Source: a bacterium (lineage in GTDB: Bacteria > UBA8248). Taken from it: DNA of 64,000 bases. Made by a program: the position numbers and the translations under genes. Location of the stretch: the NCBI GenBank assembly GCA_965213625.1, contig CBDBZU010000004.1, positions 3,968,001-4,032,000 on the forward strand. Direction: 5' to 3'. Below the pieces are notes generated by a model that was given only the letters and a program-made list of their open reading frames with translations, searched no databases and was not told the DNA's origin. This document shows, in pieces, positions 1 to 8,559 of the stretch (the stretch's first letter is position 1; the number at the start of each line of letters is the position of its first letter).

Positions 1-1536
1 CGTAACGATCAGCATCGCCAGGAAGCCCACGCCCACCTCCGCCGCCAGCAATATGGGGAACGAAGGCGGCTTGCCGTCCCAATGGAGATAGAGGGCGGTA
101 GCGCCGGCGGCCAGCATTCCTGATATCTCCGTCCAGGCGTTCGCCCGCCACCACAGCCAGCGCAGGATCACGGGCAGCCCCAGCCCCGCACCGAGAGAGA
201 TATGGAACTTCCACGCCACCTCGAGGCTGCCTATCCGCCCCGCCACGGCGAAGGAGCCGAGCGCCATGATCAGCACGCCCAGGCGGCTCACAAAGACGAC
301 CTCCCGCGCCCCCGCTCCTTTTCTGATAAAGCGCGCATACACGTCGTTCACCAGATAGCTCATCCCCCAGTTCAGGTGGGTGTCCACCGTGCTCATGAAC
401 GCGCCCAGCAGACCCACCAACACCAGCCCCAATACCCCCGCCGGCAGCAGCATCTCCATCAGGAGGGGATAGGCCGCCTCGCGGTCGGCCAGGATTTTCG
501 CCTCCAGTGAGCCCGGGAGCGCGTCCATCCCCTTGGGCACGAGGATCAGGCTCACCAGGCCGATGAGTATCCACGGCCAGGGCCTCAAGACGTAGTTCCC
601 GACCGTGAAGAGGAAGGCGCCCGCCTGGGCGTCTCTCGGCGAGCGCGCCGAGCACAGCCTCTGGCCGATATAGCCGCCACCGTCTGCGTTGTTGTGCGCC
701 CACCAGACCACGAACAGATAGATGAGAATCACCTGCGCCCCCGCCCATCCCGCACCCTCGGGCGGCAAGAAGGAGAGGATGTTCGCAGCGCCCTCTGCGC
801 CGTAAATCTCGCCCAGCTTTGCGCTCAGGCCCGAAAGCCCGCCCACGGCCTCGACGGCGTACCAGGCGAACAGGCAACTACCCGCCATCGCGATGACGAA
901 CTGGAACAAATCGGTGAGCATGACGCCGCGGATGCCGCCCGCGCTCGCGTAAAGCGCAATCATCAAGACGAGCAGGGCGACCGTTACGCTTTCGTTCACG
1001 CTTCCCATCGTGAGGACGACGGGCCAGTTCGCCTCGATGGCCGTCCACAAGTTCGGGGGAAGAATCTCCTCCCACCGCAGGAAGGGCTGGACTATCTTCG
1101 CCATGGCGCGGAATACCCAGCCCATGACGATCAGGTTCACGATGAGGGAGGAATAGACGGCCTTGAAGCCGCGCAGGAACGCGCCGGGGCCGCTCCCGTA
1201 GCGCAGTTCGATGAGTTCGGCGTCGGTCACCACGCCCGCTCGCCGCCACAGGGGGGCGAAGAATACCGCGACGCCCACGTTGCCGATGACCCACGCCCAC
1301 CAGAACCAGTTTCCCGAAATGCCGCGCTTGGCGACGATGCCGGCCACGACGAGGGGGGTGTCGGAGGCGAAGGTTGTCGCCACCATGGAAATGCCAATCC
1401 ACCACCAGGGGAGGCTGCGTCCAGCCACGAAGTAAGAAGCCAGACTCCTGGACGCCGAGCGCGAAGTGAGCACGCCGATAAGCACCGCGAACGCGATGTA
1501 GGCGAGGATGAGCGACCAGTCCAGAGTCGAGAGCAT
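1..1536 (-). CDS. Sodium:solute symporter (SSF/PutP-like) family protein, 3' end runs off the window
   Basis: Not in the ORF track because there is no stop in the window. Manual translation from ATG 1536 gives MLSTLDWSLILAYIAFAVLIGVL...YFVAGRSLPWWWIGISMVATTFASDTPLVVAG...ELIELRYG, typical SSF N-terminal motifs with many TM segments. Confidence 0.9.
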   Translation of the reverse strand, partial: MLSTLDWSLILAYIAFAVLIGVLTSRSASRSLASYFVAGRSLPWWWIGISMVATTFASDTPLVVAGIVAKRGISGNWFWWAWVIGNVGVAVFFAPLWRRAGVVTDAELIELRYGSGPGAFLRGFKAVYSSLIVNLIVMGWVFRAMAKIVQPFLRWEEILPPNLWTAIEANWPVVLTMGSVNESVTVALLVLMIALYASAGGIRGVMLTDLFQFVIAMAGSCLFAWYAVEAVGGLSGLSAKLGEIYGAEGAANILSFLPPEGAGWAGAQVILIYLFVVWWAHNNADGGGYIGQRLCSARSPRDAQAGAFLFTVGNYVLRPWPWILIGLVSLILVPKGMDALPGSLEAKILADREAAYPLLMEMLLPAGVLGLVLVGLLGAFMSTVDTHLNWGMSYLVNDVYARFIRKGAGAREVVFVSRLGVLIMALGSFAVAGRIGSLEVAWKFHISLGAGLGLPVILRWLWWRANAWTEISGMLAAGATALYLHWDGKPPSFPILLAAEVGVGFLAMLIVT

Positions 1537-1712
1537 GGCGTAGATCTCTACGAATGGGCGGGCTTCACGCGCATCCTACAAGGAAAAGAAGATGCAATAC
1601 AGCAGGCCTTGCATCGTGAAACGCAAAAACGCCCCGCACCCTTGCGGGGCGCTCGCTCTTCAAGCGCGTTGTCCAGGCCTGCTCTTTGTTGGTGAGCAGG
1701 CGACTGGGCGCG

Positions 1713-1735
1713 CCATGAGGGGTTGTTGAAAAAAT
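1713..1735. repeat. Copy of the GGGTTGTTGAAAAA terminal repeat (MITE/IS-end-like)
   Basis: CCATGAGGGGTTGTTGAAAAA; matches the element ends at 3725, 10628/10919 and 13132/13388. Confidence 0.65.
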
Positions 1736-1860
1736 CCTTGCAATTCGTTCGGATCTGACGCCTGAATGACGTCAAAACCGCAGTTGTCGGGACAAGCCCC
1801 CGTGCCTGTCCGGTGTCCGCCCGCAGTCGCCCGATTGGCCGGAAACAACGAGGGAGAAGT

Positions 1861-2015
1861 GTAGGGGTCGCATATATGCGACCATTCCTGTTCGCGAAAT
1901 GCGTCCCGCGATTTGATATTTGCCCTTTTGGGTCAAGGACGAGATTCAGGCGGTGGGACTACCAATGAGCGTGGTTTTGGTTCATCCGCATGGGTCGCAT
2001 ATATGCGACCCCTAC
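1861..2015. repeat. Inverted GTAG-type REP doublet
   Basis: GTAGGGGTCGCATATATGCGACC (1861-1883) and its inverted copy GGGTCGCATATATGCGACCCCTAC (1992-2015). Confidence 0.8.
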
Positions 2016-2047
2016 AATATGTATGCGTGGGACGTTCCCGAGGGGAT

Positions 2048-2121
2048 GGGCGGACACACAGGTCCGCCCCTACAACCCCATCGCGTATTGCGTAGCCGGA
2101 CAGGCGCAGGTGCCTGTCCGG
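2048..2121. repeat. Additional GTAG-type REP hairpins
   Basis: GGGCGGACACACAGGTCCGCCCCTAC (2048-2073) and GTAGCCGGACAGGCGCAGGTGCCTGTCCGG (from 2092). A related hairpin lies at ~1788-1813. Confidence 0.7.
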
Positions 2122-2250
2122 GGGCCTGTGTATCCGCCCTGCCACCTGTGGTTGTCCCTTACGGTACGGGGGATCTCTATAGGCCGCTGCCTCGGGCCGT
2201 TCACAAGAACGACCCACTACATCTAAAAGAGGCAGTGCGGTTTTGTTCGC

Positions 2251-2274
2251 CATTCCGGCGAAAGCCGGAATCCA
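2251..2274. repeat. ATTCCGGC-GAAA-GCCGGAAT palindromic repeat (dRS3/RPE-like)
   Basis: The same motif recurs as an inverted pair at 13201-13227 and 13317-13343. Confidence 0.7.
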
Positions 2275-2302
2275 TTCTCAAGCAAAATGTCAATGCTCCG
2301 GG

Positions 2303-3466
2303 CTATTGGGCGATGAACTGCCGGTGCACCCAGTGGTCGTTTCCCCGGCGGATTTCCATGTAGAACGACCCGCTCGCCTTGCGCGTCTCAAGATTAATGC
2401 CACCCGGCATCGCACTCAAAGCGGGCTTTGCGGCGCGCGCGGAGTCGATGAATCCGGCGACCTCGACGAGCGTCGGCTGCCTGCGCTGCGACGCGCTTTT
2501 TTCCGCGATGGCTTCCGTCGCCGCCGCCTTTAACTGCCGCGACCACAGTTTCCGGAACAAACCGGCGCTTCCGAACTCATCGCCGCTGTTGATCCGGCCG
2601 TTCACTGCGAAGACATAGCCCACGGCGTCGGGATATTTTTCCAAAAGAGAGCCTAAGGTTTTTTCATAGTCGGCCTGGGCGGAGGCGAGCCGCTTGTTCT
2701 CCAGTGACAACTGGAGGCTCGTGCGCGAGCGCTCATCTGTGACCTGCGACCGCACGGCGCGTTCCAGCGACTTCTGCATCGCCCCGACCGAGCGCCATAC
2801 ATCGTCCTGATGGTATGAGCCCATGCGCCGCCGCGTCCCCTGCGAAATTCTCAATCCGGGCCATCTCTCCCTCAACCTCTCGAGCCTGTCGGTTTCGGGA
2901 GCGCTCTCTCGCCCCATGCTTTTCATGATTGCGATCTTCCCCGCCCGCGAGGGCATGCGGTACGCGGACGCCGAAAATGCGCCCACGTTCTCCAGGCCGC
3001 GCGGCGCCCATCGTCCCGCCTCGACGCAAAAGGCGCCGATGGGGATGTAGCCCGAGTTCGGGGGTATGATCATGCTGGCGACCAGCACGCGATCCTGCTT
3101 GCCGCCCTTGACGATGTCGCCCGACTGGATGAAGACCTCACGGTCGCCCAGGTTTCGGACCTCGAGGCGCCTGACGCTGCCGGTTTCGACGACCTTGACG
3201 AGGCCCCGCTTCATCGCCTCTTCCAGCGTGATCGGCGCAGGGACGGCTTTTCGGCCTTCGCGGTGAATCAGATAGACGGCGAGGTTGTTCTGCTCGTAGG
3301 GACCGCTCAGGCGATAGTCCTTCCCTGCTTTGGCAATGGCCGCTTGCGGCGGCAGCCCAATTGCGACCGCGCATGCGAGAAAAGCGGCTACGCCATAGGC
3401 CCGGAACAGTCTCGATGCGGCCCGCGCCTAGTGGAGCGGGCGTTCTTTCGACAGTGTGGTGAACAT
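2303..3466 (-). pseudogene. Secreted ARPP-1/DUF6569-like domain protein with in-frame TAG at codon 13 (open frame from an ATG: 2303-3214)
   Basis: RBS AGGGGAG precedes ATG 3466: MFTTLSKERPLH*ARAASRLFRAYGVAAFLACAVAIGLPPQAAIAKAGKDYRLSGPYEQNNLAVYLIH...PITLEEAMKRGLVKV, in frame with the 303-aa ORF (VFIQSGDIVKGGKQDRVL, FCVEAGRW). Family name is from motif recall. Confidence 0.6.
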
Positions 3467-3676
3467 CGCCTGTCTCCCCTCGTGATCTCTCATCCCAGGC
3501 GGCGCTTATCTCCTGCGTAGGGATCGAAAAGCGGTATTGCCGTTCATTCTTATCCGGCAGCCGCTGCACGTATTCCTTCATTTCACACCATCTGGAATTT
3601 CGACGGGGTACGGTTCCATACGCCCATCATCCGGGCGGCGGAATGACGAGCATAGGCAAAAGGGGGCGGGGATTTT

Positions 3677-3704
3677 GTAGGGACAGGTCGCGACCTGTCC
3701 CTAC
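3677..3704. repeat. Perfect 28-bp GTAG REP palindrome
   Basis: GTAGGGACAGGTCGCGACCTGTCCCTAC. Confidence 0.85.
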
Positions 3705-3820
3705 GGTGGAATCCCGACCGAGGAGAGGGTTGTCGAAAAAGCCCTGTGCTGGGAGCGGGCGTATTTGACGCTCCATCATCGGTCGCGTCAAATCCTCGTC
3801 TCATCTGGCCGCCGTATCGA

Positions 3821-3923
3821 CCTCACCCTGAGTAGCCGCCGAAGGCGGCGTATCGAAGGGCGCTCCCGATGCGCCCAGGCTCTCCCTCGATACGGCGCGC
3901 GAGCGCGCCTACTCGGGATGAGG
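3821..3923. repeat. Palindromic repeat element (CCTCACCCTGAGTAG...GTATCGAAGGG family)
   Basis: Inverted ends CCTCACCCTGAGTAG / CTACTCGGGATGAGG with internal GTATCGAAGGG / CCCTCGATAC. A degenerate copy lies at ~11754-11833. Confidence 0.7.
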
Positions 3924-4000
3924 GATGGGTGAATTCCGACTGAGGAAGGAGTGGCTGCAAAACTTAAAAAGGCGCAAACACTCATTCCTCATTCGAGTTT

Positions 4001-4088
4001 TACTCCCCACCGATTCAGCCTTCGCCCAAACCGCTCGGCTTCATCGTCGGCTTTCCCCGAGGGAAGCCGACCCTCAAGGGGGGAGTGG
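4001..4088. repeat. Half copy of the 10683-10850 element with an extra hairpin inserted
   Basis: CCCCACCGATTCAGCCTTCGC...GCTCGGCTTCATCG...CCCTCAAGGGGGGAGTG is shared with 10780-10850. Confidence 0.8.
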
Positions 4089-4111
4089 TTCTTCTCTCTT
4101 TACGGACGACG

Positions 4112-4143
4112 AAAAAACGCCCCGCAGCGCGTGCGGGGCGTTT
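4112..4143 (-). terminator. Intrinsic terminator after the Mo-subunit gene
   Basis: CGCCCCGCA-loop-TGCGGGGCG hairpin followed by a U-tract on the minus strand. A similar hairpin lies at ~1625-1652. Confidence 0.7.
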
Positions 4144-4173
4144 CATGCAATCGGTAGTGAGTGGTACGTTCGT

Positions 4174-6420
4174 CTAGCCTTGGCTTCCGTTCGTCTTCAG
4201 GCGGCCGAGCACTTCCATGACGTGATCCGGCGTGATGGGAATTCGCGTGATGCGCGCTCCAATCGCCTGGCCCGCCGCGCAGGCTACCGCCGCGGCCCCC
4301 GCCGTGCAGGGAGGCTCGCCGATACCCTTCGCCCCGAAGGGACCGAGGCCCTCGCCGGACTCCATGATCACGTTGTCCCACTCGGGCGTATCCACCGAAG
4401 TGGGGATGAGGTAGCCGTGGAACTCGTTGTTCAGGAGCGCGCCCTTTTGCGTCAAGACCTCTTCGGCCAGTGCGTGGCCGACGCCCATCATCGTGCCGCC
4501 CTCGAACTGGCCTTCCACGTGCTGCACGTTGATGGACTGGCCCACGTCGTGGCCCGACCAGTAGTTGAGTACGCGAAGCTCGCCCGTATCAACGTTCACC
4601 TCGACTTCCGCTGCGTGGATGCCGAACACGTAATCCATCCAGCCGCCCGCGTCGCCGTACTGCTCGTGGCCCTCAAACTCGTGGACGCCGATTTTCGTCT
4701 TGCCCACGGTGTGGAGGTCGACCCCCATCTTCTTGCACTGGGCCGCGGCCTCGGCGAAGGCGACGCCACGTTCCTCGGCGGCCTTCACGTAAACGCGCCC
4801 CTCGCGGATATCGAGATCCTCAGGGTTCGCTTCGAGCAGTTCCGCAGCGCCTTTCAGTATTCTGTCTCTAAGCTCCGTCGACGCGCGGTAGCACGAGCCG
4901 CCCGAGATCATCGTCTGGCGCGAGCCCGCCGTAACCCCTACGAGCGGGGTAACGTGGGAATCGGACATCGTGACCGTCACGTCCTCAAGAGAAATGCCGA
5001 GAGCTTCTGCGGCAATCTGGCGGTTCGTCTGCGTCTGGCCGGCGCCTACGTCCGAAGCGCCCGTGCGCACGTTCACGCTGCCGTCGAGATCGATGGACAC
5101 ATAGACCTCGCCCTCGTTCCTGGGCCTCCCGTATCCGCCGATGTTCGCGACGTACCCCACGCCCACGCGCCAGGGGCCGTGGTCTTTCTCGGGCACACGG
5201 CCCGCCGGGCGGCCGATGAGCTTCCTGGTCTCCTCGGTCAGTTCGGGCAGCATCACGCGCGAGGGCACGGGCTGGTTCTGCATAAGGGTCTCGCCCCTGG
5301 TGATAAAGTTCTTCTCGCGGAACTCGAGCGGGTTCATCCCCAGCCTGTCCGCGAGCTCATCCATCTGCGCCTCGTAAGCGAAGCAAACCTGGTTCGCGCC
5401 CACGCCGCGCATCGCCTCGGTGAAGGGGTTGTTCGTCCTGACGGCGCGCGCGCGGCCCTTTGCGTTGGGAATCTCATAGGGACCGCCGCTCACCACGAGC
5501 GCGCCCAGCAGCAGGCCCTTGCTGTTGGCCGTGTAGCCGCCCGCATCGCCGATGATGTCGACTTCTATGGCGGTGAGTTTTCCGTCCTTCGTGGCGCCCG
5601 TCTTGTACTTCATGAGGAAGGGATGCTTCTTGCTGCCGGTGTTCATGGTCTCTTCGCGCGAGTAGGCCATGCGCACGGGCCGCCCCGTCCGGATCGACAG
5701 AAGCGCCATGAAGGCGCCGAGCAGGGGGTGCTCCTTGCCGCCGAAGGCGCCGCCCAGCATCGGGCATTCGTAGCGTACGCGGCTGAGCGGAAGATTCAGC
5801 GTCCGCGCCACGTTCTGGTAGTTCTCGATCATCTGGGTGGGCACGCGGATGTTCACCACCCCGCGCTCGTCCACCCAGGCCACGCCGCCTTCGGGCTCGA
5901 TGAAGGCGTGATCCAGACAGGCGGAAAAATAGGTATTCTCCACAATCACGTCCGCCTCGGCGAAGCCGGCCTCCAGGTCACCCTTGTCCGTCTTCCAGTC
6001 GCAGACCACCTCGCCCTCTTCGAGGCCTGCGAAGTCATAAGCGCCCGGCAGCGGCTCGTAGGCGACGCGCACGCGCGAAGCCGCCTCTTCGGCCAGATCA
6101 CGTGTGTCGGCGGCCACGAGCGCGACCGCATCGCCGATGTCCAGAACGACGTCTTCGGCCAGTACCGGGAAATCGGGATAGCGGCCCGCGTTCTGACCGG
6201 GAATGTCCTTCGCCGTCAGGACGCAGTGCACGCCCGGCAGCGCGAGCGCCTCGCTCGTGTCAATTTCCTTGATCTTCGCCGGCGTCATCGTGGCGCGGAC
6301 GGCTTTCCCGTATATCTCGCCCGGAAGGTGAAAATCATCGCCGTAAACGGTATCGCCGACCGCTTTCGCCAGAGCATCTTCTTTCGTCGGCGACGTGCCG
6401 ACGTGCGTCATCTGAGCCAT
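4174..6420 (-). CDS. Xanthine dehydrogenase/CO dehydrogenase family molybdopterin-binding large subunit
   Basis: Motifs GGAFGGK, AMRGVG, GASDVGAG, AGSRQT and GAKGIGEP. Start reassigned to ATG 6420 (MAQMTHVG), which follows the RBS GGAGG. Confidence 0.93.
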   Translation of the reverse strand: MAQMTHVGTSPTKEDALAKAVGDTVYGDDFHLPGEIYGKAVRATMTPAKIKEIDTSEALALPGVHCVLTAKDIPGQNAGRYPDFPVLAEDVVLDIGDAVALVAADTRDLAEEAASRVRVAYEPLPGAYDFAGLEEGEVVCDWKTDKGDLEAGFAEADVIVENTYFSACLDHAFIEPEGGVAWVDERGVVNIRVPTQMIENYQNVARTLNLPLSRVRYECPMLGGAFGGKEHPLLGAFMALLSIRTGRPVRMAYSREETMNTGSKKHPFLMKYKTGATKDGKLTAIEVDIIGDAGGYTANSKGLLLGALVVSGGPYEIPNAKGRARAVRTNNPFTEAMRGVGANQVCFAYEAQMDELADRLGMNPLEFREKNFITRGETLMQNQPVPSRVMLPELTEETRKLIGRPAGRVPEKDHGPWRVGVGYVANIGGYGRPRNEGEVYVSIDLDGSVNVRTGASDVGAGQTQTNRQIAAEALGISLEDVTVTMSDSHVTPLVGVTAGSRQTMISGGSCYRASTELRDRILKGAAELLEANPEDLDIREGRVYVKAAEERGVAFAEAAAQCKKMGVDLHTVGKTKIGVHEFEGHEQYGDAGGWMDYVFGIHAAEVEVNVDTGELRVLNYWSGHDVGQSINVQHVEGQFEGGTMMGVGHALAEEVLTQKGALLNNEFHGYLIPTSVDTPEWDNVIMESGEGLGPFGAKGIGEPPCTAGAAAVACAAGQAIGARITRIPITPDHVMEVLGRLKTNGSQG

Positions 6421-6446
6421 CGTTTCCTCCAGATAAATGCCAAAAG

Positions 6447-7445
6447 CTATCCGCGAAGGGCCGCCACGTCGACCACCTGACCCGTCGTCGCACTCTGTAC
6501 GACCGCCTCGAGCACGGCGACGACTTCGAGCCCCTCGGGCCCGCCCGTTTCGGGCGTCGCCTCGCCCCGGATGCACTTGCAGAACTCATCCATCTCATCC
6601 GCGAGCGCGTCCCCGCCCTCGACCTCGACTTCCGTCCGAGCATCCTCGCCCACCTTGGCCACGTAGAGCTTGCCGCCTTCTTCTTCGCTGTAGGCGCGCA
6701 TCTTCGTGCCGAAGGCCGCGGTGTCGCAGATTTTGGGAACCACGAAACAACTGCCGATATGGCCCAGCGGTCCGCCCTCGTATTCGATGATGATGCTCGT
6801 CGCATCGTCGAGGTTCGTCTTGCCGAGCAGCTTCTTGCTGAATGCGGCCACCCGCTTCGCGGGGCCGGCGAGGTACTGCAGGTTGTCGATCATGTGGACG
6901 CCCAGGCCCGTCATCGAGCCCGCGGGGCATTCGGCGGGATCGTTGCGCCAGCCGTCTCTTGCTTCGAAACCCATGGGAAGCGAGAGGTTGGCTTCGAGCT
7001 GATGCACCACGCCGAGTTCGTCATTGTCGATCATCTCGCGCATCTTGCGGTTCGCGCCTTGGCGGCGGCGGTGGTGTCCGACTTGCAAGGTGACGTTTGC
7101 GGCGGAAGTCACCTCGTTCGCCTTCTTAGCCTCATCGACGGTGAGGGTGAGCGGCTTTTCGACAAAAACGTGTTTCCCGGCCGATGCGGCCGAGGAAATC
7201 ATGTCCAGATGCGTGGAATGGGGCGTCGCGACGATGACGCCTTCCACCTCCGGGTCGTTCCACAAATCGTCCAGGCTGTCCGCCGTCCGGCAGCCGTGTT
7301 TCTCCGAAAACGCTTTTCTGGCGTCCTCGCTGCGCGCGAAGCCCGAAACCACTTCGCCCGAACCGCTGCGGTTCAGGGCGTCCACCAGAACGCCGCCCCA
7401 CCAGCCAAGCCCGATAGAGGCGAGGCGCACCTTATCCGTAGCCAT
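6447..7445 (-). CDS. Gfo/Idh/MocA family NAD(P)-dependent oxidoreductase
   Basis: Rossmann motif IGLGWWG, VATPHSTH, HVFVEKP and GVHMID. Confidence 0.92.
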   Translation of the reverse strand: MATDKVRLASIGLGWWGGVLVDALNRSGSGEVVSGFARSEDARKAFSEKHGCRTADSLDDLWNDPEVEGVIVATPHSTHLDMISSAASAGKHVFVEKPLTLTVDEAKKANEVTSAANVTLQVGHHRRRQGANRKMREMIDNDELGVVHQLEANLSLPMGFEARDGWRNDPAECPAGSMTGLGVHMIDNLQYLAGPAKRVAAFSKKLLGKTNLDDATSIIIEYEGGPLGHIGSCFVVPKICDTAAFGTKMRAYSEEEGGKLYVAKVGEDARTEVEVEGGDALADEMDEFCKCIRGEATPETGGPEGLEVVAVLEAVVQSATTGQVVDVAALRG

Positions 7446-7602
7446 TTTTCTGCTCCTTATTTCCTGAATAGATGAGTTACCGGCATCTTTTTGAAAATTT
7501 TATTGAGTAGAGTTCGCCTGATTGCATGCAGGGCGCACCATAACCCAAAGGCGCGCGCTTGAAAACCACACCAGAAGAAATTGATCTGCATAAATGCCTG
7601 CC

Positions 7603-7634
7603 AAAAAAAACCTCCTCCCGTCTCCGGGAGGAGG
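7603..7634 (-). terminator. Intrinsic terminator
   Basis: CCUCCUCCCG-GAGA-CGGGAGGAGG followed by UUUUUUUU. Confidence 0.85.
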
Positions 7635-7755
7635 CTCTCGCAGGGGGTAGTTGCGAGAAGTATGAGTGCGTGGCGGAGGAGCGCCGACCCGATCAGCTAC
7701 TCCTTCCGCCGGCTAATTGAGGCGTGCCGCCTAAGAACGCCGCGATTAGCTCTGT
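7603..7755 (-). ncRNA. Putative sigma54-dependent small RNA (or attenuator leader), ~150 nt, four hairpins
   Basis: Begins 12 nt after a consensus -24/-12 box. Hairpins at 7712-7750, 7672-7710 and 7636-7658 (loop ACUACCCCC), then a terminator at 7611-7634 with U8. Confidence 0.65.
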
Positions 7756-7764
7756 TCATATATT

Positions 7765-7781
7765 ATGCAAGCATCGTGCCA
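7765..7781 (-). promoter_or_regulatory. sigma54 (RpoN) -24/-12 promoter
   Basis: The minus strand reads TGGCACGATGCTTGCAT, a match to the consensus TGGCAC-N5-TTGCW. Confidence 0.85.
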
Positions 7782-7844
7782 TTTTCCCCATCATCAAAAA
7801 CTCGTTATTTTTCAACAATATACTATTTTTAACGATAGGTCAAA

Positions 7845-7889
7845 ATGACATTTTGTCATAGGCCGCACAGAAAAACGACAATTCGTCAT
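7845..7889. promoter_or_regulatory. Paired upstream activator sites (bEBP enhancer)
   Basis: ATGACA-TTT-TGTCAT (7845-7859, perfect) and ACGACA-ATT-CGTCAT (7875-7889), 30 bp apart and ~90-135 bp upstream of the predicted TSS. An AT-rich, IHF-like stretch lies at 7805-7832. Confidence 0.65.
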
Positions 7890-7926
7890 GGCTGGGGAGC
7901 GTTTTACGCCTGAAAACTACCTGCGA

Positions 7927-8559
7927 TTAACTCGAGCCGGGTGATTTATCGGGAAATGCGTCGAACGCTTCTGAAACGGCGGCTTTCATCTCATCGCCCT
8001 GGGAGAGCGCCGTCGTCGCGGCGGCTTGCGATTCCCACAGCGTCTCCCGAGAAACCAGGTCAACCAGGCGAATTTTCACCCTCGCCACGCACACCTCGAC
8101 GTCTTCGCAGGTGCGCCCGCCTTCGGCCAGTAACACCGCCTGGGCGCCCGAACGCTTAAGCGCCGCCAGATGAGTTCCTGCGATTTCGCCACTCGCGTTC
8201 AGCAGATCATCCGCCTCTTTCTTTTTGAGTTCCTCCGGCCAGCGAAGCGCCAGATAGCCCTTTTCACTCAAGGCTTCGCGAATCAGAAATGCGCCCGCTA
8301 TCGTCTCGATCTTCCTCACATCGGGCGCCTTCAGCCCCGCCTGCGCGTAGACGTCGCGGAAAAGCCCCGTCCAGTCGCTCGGGTAGCGAAACGGGGCGAC
8401 GACGACCCGCTCGAGCGTCTGTATTTTCTTTGGCCTGGCGACGCCCTGTATCGTCGATATCTCATAGGCGCAGCCCGGGACCACCAGGAGCAGGACGATG
8501 ATCAGTCCCGTACGAAACCGCGATGCGGCAATCAAGCGTTTCAAGTGCCGACATTCCAT
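7927..8559 (-). CDS. Hypothetical lipoprotein
   Basis: Hydrophobic stretch GLIIVLLLVVPG-C with a lipobox-like Cys, followed by an alpha/beta domain (RVVVAPF...VKIRLVDLVSRETLWES). Start uncertain. Confidence 0.65.
   Translation of the reverse strand: MECRHLKRLIAASRFRTGLIIVLLLVVPGCAYEISTIQGVARPKKIQTLERVVVAPFRYPSDWTGLFRDVYAQAGLKAPDVRKIETIAGAFLIREALSEKGYLALRWPEELKKKEADDLLNASGEIAGTHLAALKRSGAQAVLLAEGGRTCEDVEVCVARVKIRLVDLVSRETLWESQAAATTALSQGDEMKAAVSEAFDAFPDKSPGSS

Noticed and set aside
4077-4103. Peptide RGEWFFSLY encoded both here and at 27395-27421 with different codons
   Set aside because: Both lie in spurious intergenic ORFs, one overlapping a repeat end. A 9-aa match with no flanking similarity is plausible by chance in a six-frame self-comparison.
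3925-6480. 851-aa plus-strand ORF, and similar long ORFs at 45600-47216, 50907-52118 and 58497-60485
   Set aside because: These are antisense shadows of well-supported GC-rich genes (Mo subunit, pheT, thrS, metH) and show no motifs.
7697-7759. 20-codon ORF MNRANRGVLRRHASISRRKE over the putative sRNA
   Set aside because: Its ATG lies upstream of the sigma54-predicted TSS and has no RBS.
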